Source: an uncultured Verrucomicrobiae bacterium (GTDB lineage Bacteria; Verrucomicrobiota; Verrucomicrobiia; Limisphaerales; JAFGQR01). Taken from it: DNA of 64,000 bases. Below the pieces are notes generated by a model. That model saw only the letters and a list, made by a program, of their open reading frames with translations, was not told where the DNA came from and did no database searches. The stretch's first letter is position 1. Every line of letters starts with the position of its first letter. The DNA lies in contig CAWBHS010000026.1 in NCBI GenBank assembly GCA_963788655.1, positions 54,904 through 118,903 of the forward strand. The letters are read 5' to 3'. This document shows positions 33,998 through 44,177 of the stretch, piece after piece. The translations under genes were made by a program, and so were the position numbers.

Positions 33998-34935
33998 GAA
34001 CACGAATTGTTGGATTTGTTTTAGGTGTCCTGCTGGCTTTCGCGGGTACGGTTACGACGTTGGCGCAGGGCAAAGTGGTCTTCGAGGCCACCTCGCCGTA
34101 TCACCATATTCGCGTGCTGGACGATAATTGGGTGCGCACACTGAGTTTCGATGGATCGACCGAGAGCCAGATGTCGCTCACCGATCCGTTGCGTCGGCAC
34201 TTCGAATACACCGAGTATTTCCAAATGCCCTGGCTGTGGAATGGCAAGATTTCGCGGGTGCTGATGATTGGTCTGGGCGGCGCCAGCGCGCAACGGGCTT
34301 ACGAGCATTACTATCCGCAAGTGACGGTGGAAACGGTGGAACTGGACCCGATGGTGGTCAAGGTGGCCAAGGAATACTTCCACTTCAAGGAAGGCGACCG
34401 ACAAAAGGTTTTTGTCGAGGATGGCCGGGTATTTTTGCGGCGTAATTCACAGCAATACGATGTGATTGTCATTGATGCTTACACCACCGGACGGTATGGG
34501 TCATCGATTCCGTATCACCTGGCGACGAAGGAGTTTTTTGAGTTGGTAAGCAAGCGATTGGAGACCAATGGCGTCGTGGCCTACAACGTGATTGGTTCGC
34601 TGCGCGGTTTCCAGGCCGACATCCTGGGAGCCATGTATCGGACCATGCGATCAGTGTTTCCGCAAGTGTACCTGTTCCCGGCCCGGTCATCGGACAACGT
34701 TGTCCTCGTGGGAACCAAATCGGCCGACAAAGTGACGTTGAGCGAACTGCAGCGACGGGCCAACGCGCTCATCAACGCCAAGCGCATCACGTTGTGGAGT
34801 TTTCGTTCGCGGTTGGCGTCGTTTCGTTCCGAGCCGCCACCGAATGCGCGATCGTCTCCCCTGCTGACCGATGATTTTGCGCCGGTGGACGGCTTGCTCA
34901 ACAGCCGCAGCTTGGGGCCCTTGAAACTGAAATAG
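33994..34935 (+). CDS. Spermidine synthase-like SAM-dependent transferase domain
   Basis: SPYHHIRV, MIGLGGA, VELDPMVV, DGRVFL, YDVIVIDAY, LTDDFAPVD. Confidence 0.88.
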   Translation: MRTRIVGFVLGVLLAFAGTVTTLAQGKVVFEATSPYHHIRVLDDNWVRTLSFDGSTESQMSLTDPLRRHFEYTEYFQMPWLWNGKISRVLMIGLGGASAQRAYEHYYPQVTVETVELDPMVVKVAKEYFHFKEGDRQKVFVEDGRVFLRRNSQQYDVIVIDAYTTGRYGSSIPYHLATKEFFELVSKRLETNGVVAYNVIGSLRGFQADILGAMYRTMRSVFPQVYLFPARSSDNVVLVGTKSADKVTLSELQRRANALINAKRITLWSFRSRLASFRSEPPPNARSSPLLTDDFAPVDGLLNSRSLGPLKLK

Positions 34936-34976
34936 GCGTTGGTTGTGGCCGATTCAATGATGTTCTAAAGTGACTT

Positions 34977-35962
34977 GTGTCTGTTGAACGAATCTTGGTT
35001 TTAGTTGCCTTGGGAACTGTCTTGCTGGCCGGAGCGGCAAGCGGTTCCTCGCATGTATCGTCTCCAGTCTATTACCGTGGAATGTGCGATGCCTCGGCCG
35101 GGGTGGCCGTTTCCTCAAACCTATTCGTGGCAGCGGACGATGAAGGAGACCAGCTTCGCTTGTTTAGCGCGGACCGGGGCGGGCCGGCTTTGCGCACGTA
35201 CGATGTGCGCGGGTTTCTCAACCTGACGGGCGATCATCCCGAAGCCGACTTCGAGGGTGCTGCGTGGTTGGGAGACAAAGTGTTCTGGATCAGTTCCCAC
35301 GGACGGAATCGCGAAGGCAAGTACCGGGCAAACCGGCACTGCTTTTTTGCCACCACCATTCGTGAAGACAAATATGGAGTCCATTTGATGCCGGTGGGAT
35401 TTTGTTACAAAAATCTGCTGACGGATCTAATTTTTGAACCGCGACTGCGGCCGTTCAATTTGGCAGGGGCTTCGGTCCTGCCGCCCAAAGCCAAAGGGGG
35501 GTTGAATATCGAAGGCTTGTGCGCCACGGCCGATGGGCATCTGTTGATCGGGTTTCGCAATCCCCTGCCGAAAGGACGGGCGCTGATCGTTCCGATATTG
35601 AATCCGGACGAAGTCATCCGTGGCATTTCCGCGCGGTTTGGCGATCCGGTGTTGCTTGATTTGGGCGGCTTGGGCATTCGGGATATGGGGTATTGGAAGG
35701 GGAAGATTTACCTTCTGGCGGGATCGTATGATACCGAAAAAAAGTTCCGGTTGTATCAATGGGGTGGCGGAGCGGAGGCGCCGAAACTAATGCCGAAAAT
35801 CGATTTCAAGAAACTGAATCCGGAAGCCTTGGTGTTCTATCCGAATCAACGCGGTTCCAAGTGCTCAGCGATGACGGGACGCGCAAAGTCGAGGGCGTCA
35901 AGTGCAAGGAGTTGGCCGACCCCGCGCAGAAGCGGTTTCGCAGTGCCTGGGTCTCGCCGTAA
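34977..35962 (+). CDS. DUF3616-like secreted beta-propeller protein (frameshift near 35855)
   Basis: CDASA, VAADDE, DFEGAA, SHGRN, NIEGL, IGFRNP, GIRD, PEAL; C-terminus VLSDDG..FRSAWV in another frame. Confidence 0.75.
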
Positions 35963-36103
35963 ACCATCCCTAAATCGACGCTTTGGTGCGGCTGGGCAGG
36001 AGCGCAGATATTCCAATCGGTTCGAACGGCCCACCACCATTCGAGCCAACAAGAATGTCAGCGCTCCTTTCGTTGTGGTCCGCCGCGTCGGGAAACACCC
36101 TGG

Positions 36104-36565
36104 CTAAAGTGAAATGAAACGCGGTTCGAGGTCATGCTCCCCTGTTTCCATCACCACCACCGTGCGCGGAAGGTTGAAGCGAGGTTTGCCGGCGTAACCG
36201 GGATTCAAATACAGGGTCTCACCGATCGTCTCACTGAACGGGCGGTGGGTATGGCCAAATACGACAACATCCGGTGCTTCGCGAGCGATACGCAATTTGA
36301 GTTGTTCCTCGAGCGAATGCACCGCAACGATGTGATGCACGAGGAACTTGCGCGCCTCCAGCGTAACCACCTCGGTGAGATTGGCATGAACCAGCGAATC
36401 GGTGTTACCCAGCACAGCGGTTACCGGTGCGATTCGCTCGAGCTCGAGCAGCACCGAGTGCAAACCAATGTCGCCGGCATGGAGGATGTGTTGCACCCCG
36501 GCGAAAATTTCCGGGATTTGAGGATCAACGAAACCGTGTGTGTCTGAAATGATGCCGATTAACAT
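36104..36565 (-). CDS. YfcE/MJ0936-family metallophosphoesterase
   Basis: ISDTHG, HAGDIG, GNTD, FGHTH, NPG. Confidence 0.93.
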   Translation of the reverse strand: MLIGIISDTHGFVDPQIPEIFAGVQHILHAGDIGLHSVLLELERIAPVTAVLGNTDSLVHANLTEVVTLEARKFLVHHIVAVHSLEEQLKLRIAREAPDVVVFGHTHRPFSETIGETLYLNPGYAGKPRFNLPRTVVVMETGEHDLEPRFISL

Positions 36566-36636
36566 GCGAATTTAGGCCGGCCATTGATGACAATTCCATT
36601 GGCCGAAAAAAGCACCAGCAGCCGAAAGGGGCCGAC

Positions 36637-37272
36637 TCAGGCTTTGGCTTCTTCCGGTTCGGGGTCTCCCGCGACTTCGGCTGGTTCTTCTTCCGCCTCC
36701 GCCAATTTCTTTTCTTCTTTGGATTCGCTCGGGGCGGTGAGTTTCATTGAGGCGGCAAAAAGCCCGGTGAACAGGCCCCCACTGAGCAGCGTGTTGCGGA
36801 AGAAAGTCCACGTGGGCGGATAGCCGGGAATACCGGTGCTGAGCGCTTGAATCCAGCCGGCAAGTGTTTTGGGGTAGCCGGGATTCTGGATCCAAGCCGC
36901 AGTGTTCGTGAACAAATAAAACACCAGCGCCCCCAGTATCCCTCCCAGCACCAGGCGAATCCAGGGCATCCGGGCCGAGTGCTGGCGCCCCAACCAGATC
37001 AACGCGAAATAGACCGGATAATTGAGCAGCATGTAGCCGTTCAGCGGTGCTGTGTGGTAGTAAAACAAATTGAGCAAAACGTCGGTGACCGCCAACGTGC
37101 CCAACGGCAGCCAATAGGCCAGGTGACGCGGAAAATAAACGCCCGCGCAAAACGCCAGGGCATACGCGGCGCTGAAGTTCTTCAGCTCGTCGGGCCAAAG
37201 ACCGGGCCAGCGAGTTAACGCAAAGGCCAGCATCAGAATGATCGGCAAAGCGGCATTCCATTTCTCTTTCAC
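36637..37272 (-). CDS. DUF6580-like membrane protein (putative ECF S-component)
   Basis: NFS..ALAF, FYLFTN..W..Y.KTLAGW.Q..G.P..TFFRNTL pattern; about 6 TMs. Confidence 0.7.
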   Translation of the reverse strand: MKEKWNAALPIILMLAFALTRWPGLWPDELKNFSAAYALAFCAGVYFPRHLAYWLPLGTLAVTDVLLNLFYYHTAPLNGYMLLNYPVYFALIWLGRQHSARMPWIRLVLGGILGALVFYLFTNTAAWIQNPGYPKTLAGWIQALSTGIPGYPPTWTFFRNTLLSGGLFTGLFAASMKLTAPSESKEEKKLAEAEEEPAEVAGDPEPEEAKA

Positions 37273-37494
37273 AGCGCCGGATCATAAGCGAAGAAGCCTG
37301 CAAGACAAGCGCTTGATTTCGGGGAAGCCAAGCCTGGATTTTTGCCGCGTCGGAGCATGGACTCTCGCCGGGCATTCCTTGTTTGGCACCTACGTAGCAA
37401 CGGTACGAGATGCGTTACGATAGCGTTTGGAGTTCAGGTTATTGATGTTTACTCGTGCTTTTTGGCAAACGTGGCATAAATCATTGGAAATCCC

Positions 37495-38246
37495 ATGACT
37501 GACGGATTGGAACAATTGGAAATTGTCTTTCGAAGACCACGGGCTGTTGGCGGTGAACAAACCCGCGGGGCTCCTGAGCCATCCGACCAAGCCGGATGGA
37601 TATTCCAGCCTTGTCAGTCGCGTCCGGAATTACTTGGGCCCGAAGATGCAGCTTCATTTGCTCAACCGATTGGATCGGGAAACGAGTGGATTGGTCTTGA
37701 TGGCCAAGGAGTATGGAGCCATGCGCATTTTGCGTTGGCGGTGGGAACGCCGAGAGGTTCGGAAGGAATACTTGGCGATTGTCCATGGACATGTTTCGCC
37801 GGAACAAGGATTTATCGATGCGCCGCTGGGCCCGGATGACCGCAGCCAGATTGCCGTGAAGAATGCCGTGCGGCCTGATGGCTGCCTGGCGCAGACCAGC
37901 GTACAGGTTGGAACGTCGGTTTTCCCGAATCGAAGGGGATTTTTCCCTGCTTCGCGTTTGGCCCGTAACCGGACGCAAGCACCAGATTCGAATCCATCTG
38001 GCGCACCTCGGACACCCGGTGGTGGGCGACAAGCTCTACGGCGAGGACGAGGATTGCTATTTGGCCCTTGTCCGAAAACAGCTTACGAGTGAACAACAAA
38101 GCCGATTGATCCTTGCCCATCACGCGCTCCACGCCCGCGCGGTGGGTTTTGAATGGGGCGGTAAGTGGCTGGTGTTGCAGGCGAAACCGGAAAACTGCTT
38201 CCTGGAATTTCTCTTGGCAGAGCGGGGCCAATCAACTAAGCCGTGA
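37495..38246 (+). CDS. RluA-family pseudouridine synthase (frameshifts near 37530 and 37900)
   Basis: [27 protein letters not shown]...GHPVVGD.LYG, LHA motifs spread over three frames. Confidence 0.88.
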
Positions 38247-38248
38247 CT

Positions 38249-38430
38249 ATTCAGTAGGACAGGCGTCCCGCCGGTCCCGAACGAGTGCCAACCAACAACT
38301 TGTATCACGGCGCCGTGAGTTTTCCCATGTCACCAAACGGTGAGGATGCCTTGAGTTATCCGAGACAGGCGAGACGCCTGTCCTACCCCGCCGAACTGCC
38401 TCCTCGCCGCGCCAGCCACTGAATTGATAC
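38249..38430. repeat. ~180-bp MITE/REPIN-like element, copy 2 (inverted relative to 30359-30532)
   Basis: GTAGGACAGGCGTCCCGCCGGTCCCGAACG...GAGACAGGCGAGACGCCTGTCCTAC...AGCCACTGAATTGATAC. Confidence 0.8.
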
Positions 38431-38543
38431 GGCTAACACCCATGCCTTTGGCACACGAGAAAGCGCGGTAAACACGTAAGTGTTTATCAGTTAGCGCATT
38501 GCACAAATGGACTGAGGGTGCGGTAACTATTTAGAAAGTGTTC

Positions 38544-38591
38544 AAAAAAAATTAAAAAAATGTTGACACGGAATTGTTGACCTGAGATATT
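38544..38591 (+). promoter_or_regulatory. Strong sigma70-like promoter with A-rich UP element
   Basis: A-tracts 38544-38560, TTGACA 38563-38568, 17-bp spacer, GATATT 38586-38591, 41 bp upstream of ATG 38633. Confidence 0.6.
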
Positions 38592-38632
38592 TGGCGCACA
38601 CACAGAAAATCAAAATAAAGTCACTAGTCATT

Positions 38633-39301
38633 ATGAGAACAAAATCATTAATTCTATCAGCAATGGTGGGCATCGCAGGAGTTGTCTCCTCGTTCGCTCA
38701 AGGAAATGTTTATTCGGTCAATGTGGTTGGTTATATCAACCTGGACTTGCCGCCGGGTTCTCGATGATTGCCAATCAACTTGACAACGGCCAGGGCAACT
38801 TGGTCACAGGACATAATTCCGGAACCCCAGGAATACCCGTTGGCACAAAGGTGTTACAAATTCAATGGTATTTCCTATGACACGTGACTTATCAGGGGGT
38901 TCCTTTCGAACCGTGGATCTGACAACCCTCGCTGAACCATGACCATGGCACCAGGCGAAGGCGTGTTTGTATCAATCCAAGCAGTCCTACGCCAATCAAC
39001 GTCACATTCGTTGGTGAAGTGATGCAGGGAACGTTGGTTAACCCAGTCAGCACTGGATTTGGAATCTACAGTGCCATGGTGCCTCAAGACGGGCGGTATT
39101 CAGTCCGGCATAATTACGTTCGCCTATCCAAACGACAAGGTATTACAGATTCGATGGAATTGCCTACGGCAACCTCCACGTATCGTGGGGCTCCATTTAA
39201 CGGTTGGAGCGCCCCTGGTGAGCCCGTGCTTACAGTTGGCGAGGCTTCTTCATTCAACGTCCGTGGCCAAAGACTGGTCTCGGGATTTCACCGTTCAATA
39301 A
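38633..39301 (+). CDS. Secreted 'YSVNVVGY' protein, heavily frameshifted
   Basis: Manual reading MRTKSLILSAMVGIAGVVSSFAQGNVYSVNVVGYINLDLPPG(F)SMIANQLD...APGEGVF...VTFVGEVMQG...VGE...DWSRDFTVQ*; several indels. Confidence 0.75.
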
Positions 39302-39354
39302 GCGAAATCTAAAACATACCAATTAATCAAAAAATCCCAATAAAACACAATCAT

Positions 39355-39882
39355 ATGAAAAAACTAATCCTAATCACAACTTTTCTTGCTGCTGGGGATG
39401 TGGGCCTTATGGCTCAAGGGCTTGTTAAGTTTACGAACGATCCGGCTGAATACCCAGATTCTGTTGATCGCCTGTTTTATCAGTCACCTGGTGTTCCCAT
39501 CAGCAGTGATCAATGGAGTGCTACCTTGCAGGAGAACGTAGGTGGAACGTGGCGCTCGGTCGGGGCAGCAGTGAACTTCTATGGCGACTTCGGTGGAGCA
39601 TACCCCGAATATGCCGGAATTTGGCCGGATGATTCCAATCTTAGAGTTCTTTTTGTTCCCCCACTGACGCAGACTTCACTGCGAGTTGCGGTCGACGACG
39701 GTGCCGGTAATACTTACTTCACTCCAGCATTCGACTTTACGCAGGCCTATCAGTTCCTCCGTCTCCCGATGATGTGCTGATGCTTAATCTCCCGGGCCTT
39801 TGCACGTTCCGAACCGTCCACCATCGCCTTGGGCGTGCTGGGGCTTGGAGCTTTGTTATTGTTCCGCCGTCGTAAGAACTAA
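39355..39882 (+). CDS. PEP-CTERM sorting-domain surface protein (frameshifted near the 3' end)
   Basis: Signal peptide MKKLILITT..AQG; out-of-frame tail V(P)EPSTIALGVLGLGALLLFRRRKN* at 39806-39882. Confidence 0.85.
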
Positions 39883-39899
39883 GTTAGTGTGTTCTCATC

Positions 39900-39930
39900 A
39901 AGCCGCCCGAAAGGGCGGCTTTTTTGTTTT
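39900..39930 (+). terminator. Rho-independent terminator
   Basis: AAGCCGCCC-GAAA-GGGCGGCTT followed by TTTTGTTTT. Confidence 0.9.
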
Positions 39931-39982
39931 CAATTGACTTTGGCGGCAATCAATTCTAAACAGATCATTGCTCGTGGCGCCA

Positions 39983-40057
39983 GGCGCGTTCGTCTATCGG
40001 CTAGGACACGGCCCTCTCAAGGCTGAAAGACGGGTTCGATTCCCGTACGCGCTGCCA
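39983..40057 (+). tRNA. tRNA-Glu(CTC)
   Basis: GGCGCGT/ACGCGCT acceptor stem, anticodon arm CGGCC-CTCTCAA-GGCTG, GGTTCGATTCC, CCA. Confidence 0.95.
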
Positions 40058-40086
40058 AGCTTTTTGTTGTTCCCGGAAGAAGCTTA

Positions 40087-40270
40087 GCCACGAATGGCCA
40101 CGAATAAACACGAATGAAGTCAACCGTTCTCTACTTAAAGTGACTGGCAAAATGCTTCAACGGTGCCCTTGAATCCCAAACAGGATGTCAACTCAACGGG
40201 TCAATTCTTCGGGAGACACGAATTGCACGAATTATCACCAATTCGTGAAAATTGGTGCAATTCGTGTCAA
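40087..40270. repeat. CACGAAT short tandem/inverted repeats
   Basis: CCACGAATGGCCACGAATAAACACGAAT and GACACGAATTGCACGAATT...AATTGGTGCAATTCGTGTC hairpin. Confidence 0.65.
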
Positions 40271-40358
40271 CTCTGTTCTGAGATCCCATGGTGGATTCGT
40301 GTTCCTTCATGATCCTTGGCTTAAGAATTCCGGTTGAAAGTTGCTGCCAATTGGACCA

Positions 40359-40724
40359 ATGCGACCTTTCCAAATCATTTTCAATCCGACCAGCGCTGCT
40401 GAATTGGGCAAAATGCCCAAGGATCTGCAACTTCACATTTTGGGCGAGTTCCGCGGGCTGCCGCAAGAGGTGATCAGCACCGAACTGGAGCGGTTCGGCA
40501 AATTGGAGCGAGCTGGTCGAATATTGCACCGCTTCCGTCTGGGGGACTACCGGATTTACTTCGAACGCCACGAACTCGGTGTGGTCGTTCACCGCATTCT
40601 CAGCAAGAATACGTTGAAAGATTTCCTGTTCCGCTCGAGCCTGCCGGTGGGAGAAGATGAAGCGCTTCAGGATAACCCAAAATTCTGGGAGTTGATCGAA
40701 TCCGCCAAATCCGTCACCGCGTGA
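40359..40724 (+). CDS. RelE/ParE-like protein without adjacent antitoxin
   Basis: FQIIFNPTSAAEL..LHRFRLGDYRIYF..VVHRI resembles the RelE fold. Confidence 0.7.
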   Translation: MRPFQIIFNPTSAAELGKMPKDLQLHILGEFRGLPQEVISTELERFGKLERAGRILHRFRLGDYRIYFERHELGVVVHRILSKNTLKDFLFRSSLPVGEDEALQDNPKFWELIESAKSVTA

Positions 40725-40796
40725 AACTGACGGTTTGACGATGCACCGAATCGTCCGGCGAATGGTGGGCATACTCGTGGATGTCCATTCCGCCTT

Positions 40797-41089
40797 GGGG
40801 AACGCGCCCGCCTCGGGCGCTGCCAACCGGCACCCTCGCCGGTTGGCCCGGTAACTGATTCCAATTCGCTTTCAAGTTGAGACGAAAGCGGAACCGGATT
40901 GGAGCGCGGACATTCTTGTCCGCTTCGGTGGGGATTGTGGTGCGCAAGCGGACAAGAATATCCGCGCTCCGTGGAAAGTCTCGTTTTGAAAGCGAAATGG
41001 AATGAGAGGCTATTGAAGGGTTGACCAGCCGGTGGTCGAGCCGTGGTTGGCGAGGCGCCAACCACTGCGCCCGAGGCGGGCGCGCTCCC
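40797..41089. repeat. Nested REPINs: GGGA(A/G)CGCGCCCGCCTCGGGCG pair enclosing a GGAGCGCGGACA pair
   Basis: Outer arms at 40797 and 41068-41089 (also at 62563); inner GGAGCGCGGACATTCTTGTCCGC / GCGGACAAGAATATCCGCGCTCC at 40901-40970. Confidence 0.75.
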
Positions 41090-41098
41090 GCCCGTGCG

Positions 41099-41719
41099 TT
41101 ATTTCACATCTTCCCCCAACTCCACATTCCAATACGCCAAATCCAGGAAATGTTTCCAGCTCTTGTGGTAAGGTAGCCCAACGTCGATCTGGACAAATGG
41201 ACGCCATTTGGGCCGTTTGGGTTTGCGGATGAGATGCATTCCCGCTTCGACCGGCGTGCGATTCGCCTTGCGCGTGTTACACTCGATGCAGGAACAGACG
41301 ATGTTTTCCCAGGTCGTCGGTCCGCCACGGTCACGCGGAATCACATGGTCCAGGTTGAGATCGCTGCGGTCACAAATCCGTCCGCAGTATTGGCACGTGT
41401 TCCGGTCGCGTTCAAAAATGTTATGGCGGGTGAACTTGACTTCCTTCTTGGGCATCCGATCAAAGAGCAACAACACGATGACCCGGGGGATGCGGATACG
41501 GAACGAAATCGTGTGGATGCTTTCCGCCTGAGGTTCCTGCTCGGAAAAATCCCGCCACTCGTGAAAGTTGAACGTCTGGAAGGAGCCATCGGCGCAATCC
41601 AACACCGCTTGCGCCCGGCCTTCGAACAGCAGCGTCAACGCCCGGCGCGCCGAGCAAATGTTGACGGCCTGCCAAAGGCGGTTCAAAACCAGCACATGTT
41701 GACTTAGATTTGAAATCAT
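41099..41719 (-). CDS. HNH endonuclease (McrA-like stand-alone family)
   Basis: VLVLN, TRHNIFERD..CQYCG, LDHVIP..GG..WENIVCSC..CN..K.NRTP.EAGM. Confidence 0.92.
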   Translation of the reverse strand: MISNLSQHVLVLNRLWQAVNICSARRALTLLFEGRAQAVLDCADGSFQTFNFHEWRDFSEQEPQAESIHTISFRIRIPRVIVLLLFDRMPKKEVKFTRHNIFERDRNTCQYCGRICDRSDLNLDHVIPRDRGGPTTWENIVCSCIECNTRKANRTPVEAGMHLIRKPKRPKWRPFVQIDVGLPYHKSWKHFLDLAYWNVELGEDVK

Positions 41720-41833
41720 ACGGGGTATGATGTTCGCTGGGAAAAATACCATGCCGGGATTCAAAGTGTCAATGTTTGTGCCCGGGTCGAGTAATCGTTG
41801 CCAAACGGAATTCTTCGCGCTAAGAATTCAGCT

Positions 41834-43603
41834 ATGAAATACGGTCTGGTTGGATTTGGTGCGTTGTTTTTGGTGGGGCTGTTTTGCCTGCGCGGGCAAA
41901 GCCCCGACGAGAAATACGTGACGATTTACAACCTCATTCAGCAGGGTGATGCCTTGCTGGCCAAAGAGGCGCCCCGTCCGGCGGCGGAGAAGTATCTGCA
42001 AGCGAAAACCCTGCTGGAAACGTATCCCACGCAATATCCTGGGTGGAATCAAAATGTCGTGAGTTATCGCCTCAATTATCTGGCGGATAAACTCAAGCAA
42101 CTGAGTTCATTTGTGCCCAACGACGCCCAGACCAATCAGACCGGGAATATCCAGCCGTCCCCTGCCGTACCGCCGAATGAATCGATGAAGGCCTTGCAGG
42201 ATGAACTCGCGCGCTTGAACCAACTCAATGCCGATTTGGAGGCCAAATTGAAGGAAGCCCTGTCGGTGCGGCCGGCCGCCATTGATCCTCATGAATTGGC
42301 AAAGGCCCAACAACAGAACCAGGAACTGCAAAAGGAAATCGAGCTGCTGAAAGTCACCATCGAACAGGAACGGTCCAAACCGGCCCCGGCACCGGCCCCG
42401 ACCCAATCGCCCGCAACCCCGGTGGCGGACGCGGAGACTCGCGAGCTGGAAAAGATTCTCATCGAAGATTTCAAGAGCAAGCTCCTTCGCCAAAATGCCC
42501 TGGTGGAAAAGCTTCGACAGGAGAACACTGATTTGAAAGCACAACTGGCCCTGGCCCGGACGGCCGCTTCGTATGCGCTACCGGCCGATACCAACAAGCT
42601 CGCTGACGAACTGTTGATTGCCAAGACGACCATTAACGCGCTGCAAAGCACCAACATCGCTTTGAAGACGGAAACGATCATGCTGGAAAGCCGGATCGAA
42701 GACCTCACCCAAGCGGTCACCCAACGGTCCTCGTCCAAAGTGAAGCAACTGGTCGCCGAACGGGATGAATTGAAACAGAAGCTGGAGATTGCCACCCGAC
42801 AGTTGGAACGAAGCAAGAACCGCTTTGCCTCCCTGCGCACGGACGACTTGGCCGAACGACTCGAAGCAGTGCTCGCCAAGTTGGATGTCTTCGAGGCCAA
42901 GGCCGTGCCCTATACGCCGGAAGAAATGGCCATGTTCAAACAGGGCGATGACCAAGTTGGCAACAAAGTCCTGAACGCCGAAAAGAAAACCATCAAGGAA
43001 CTGCCTCCGGGCTCCGGTCCTTTGATTGCCGAGGCTCAACGGGCTTCAGCGGTCGGGCGGTATGCCGAGGCGGAGCAGCTTTATCTTCAAGTGCTGCACC
43101 AGGATGAAACCCACGTGTTTACGCTGAGCAGTCTGGCGGCCGTCCAAGTCGAACAGAACCGCTTGGACGACGCTGAAAAGACTTTGAAGAAAGCGTTGAG
43201 CAGCGATCCCCAGGATCCGGCCAGCTTGTACCTGTTGGGGCGAATCAAATATCTCCAAGGCAAATATGACGAGGCGTTCGAGGCCCTAAGTCTCTCGGCC
43301 AAAATCATTCCCAATGAGGCGCGCACGCAGTATTTCCTGGGCAAGACGCTAATGCAGAAAGGGCAGCGTTCCGCGGCCGAAACCGCCTTGCGCAAGGCGG
43401 TGCAACTCCAGCCAGGTTATGGTGAGGCCCATCACGCCTTGGCGTTGATCTACGCCACGCAAAAGCCGCCATTCATCGAACTGGCCCAATGGCATTACAA
43501 CAAGGCGCTTGATAGCCGCGACGAACGTGGCAATAAGTTTCCGCCCGATCCGGAACTGGAAAAGCTGATTGCCAAGAGCAGTTCCGCCAGCACGAAGCCG
43601 TGA
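41834..43603 (+). CDS. Secreted coiled-coil + TPR protein
   Basis: Signal peptide, long coiled-coil, C-terminal TPR repeats. Confidence 0.85.
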   Translation: MKYGLVGFGALFLVGLFCLRGQSPDEKYVTIYNLIQQGDALLAKEAPRPAAEKYLQAKTLLETYPTQYPGWNQNVVSYRLNYLADKLKQLSSFVPNDAQTNQTGNIQPSPAVPPNESMKALQDELARLNQLNADLEAKLKEALSVRPAAIDPHELAKAQQQNQELQKEIELLKVTIEQERSKPAPAPAPTQSPATPVADAETRELEKILIEDFKSKLLRQNALVEKLRQENTDLKAQLALARTAASYALPADTNKLADELLIAKTTINALQSTNIALKTETIMLESRIEDLTQAVTQRSSSKVKQLVAERDELKQKLEIATRQLERSKNRFASLRTDDLAERLEAVLAKLDVFEAKAVPYTPEEMAMFKQGDDQVGNKVLNAEKKTIKELPPGSGPLIAEAQRASAVGRYAEAEQLYLQVLHQDETHVFTLSSLAAVQVEQNRLDDAEKTLKKALSSDPQDPASLYLLGRIKYLQGKYDEAFEALSLSAKIIPNEARTQYFLGKTLMQKGQRSAAETALRKAVQLQPGYGEAHHALALIYATQKPPFIELAQWHYNKALDSRDERGNKFPPDPELEKLIAKSSSASTKP

Positions 43604-44040
43604 ACCCTTCGTTGCCCACCTTGCGACAAGCTTATCATGAATTGACTATTCCCACCCGCGGGCGGGGCTTTTATGAATTCACCGGGGAGGTCGAGGCCCT
43701 GCTTGAGCAGACCGACTTAAAAACCGGCGTCGTTACGTTGCACGTGCAGCACACCTCGGCGTCGCTGCTCATTCAGGAAAATGCGGACCCCGAAGTGCGG
43801 CGAGATTTGGAGCGGTTCTTCTCTCGGTTGGTGCCCGATGGAGATGCCCTGTTCCGGCACACCTCCGAAGGGGAGGATGACATGCCGGCGCATGTGCGGA
43901 CCGCGTTGACCTGCGTCAATCTGACGATTCCCTTCAGCGCTGGCCGTCTGGCCTTGGGGACGTGGCAGGGCATCTATCTGTGGGAGCATCGGCAACGGTC
44001 ACATCACCGCCGCGTCGCGGTCCATTATTTGGGGGAATGA
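43600..44040 (+). CDS. yjbQ: YjbQ/UPF0047 family protein
   Basis: HTSASLLIQENADP, EG.DDMPAH, LGTWQGIYLWEHR. Confidence 0.92.
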   Translation: MNPSLPTLRQAYHELTIPTRGRGFYEFTGEVEALLEQTDLKTGVVTLHVQHTSASLLIQENADPEVRRDLERFFSRLVPDGDALFRHTSEGEDDMPAHVRTALTCVNLTIPFSAGRLALGTWQGIYLWEHRQRSHHRRVAVHYLGE

Positions 44041-44177
44041 GCATGCCTGAACGCAAACGCCCTGTGCAGTATTGGCGGAGTGACATTGTAGGAGTCCTGC
44101 GTCGGGCGGCGAAAAAATCACTCGCGATGGCTTGCCATTCCCGGCAACCTTGCCTCCTGGAACGAACGAACGATCTT

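Noticed and set aside
37273..37494. Cobalamin or other riboswitch upstream of the putative ECF S-component
   Set aside because: No B12-box or other recognisable aptamer motif seen on the minus strand; an Rfam scan would be needed.
20210..40057. tRNA genes as integration sites of islands or prophages
   Set aside because: No integrase, no duplicated tRNA 3' ends and no phage genes seen in the window.
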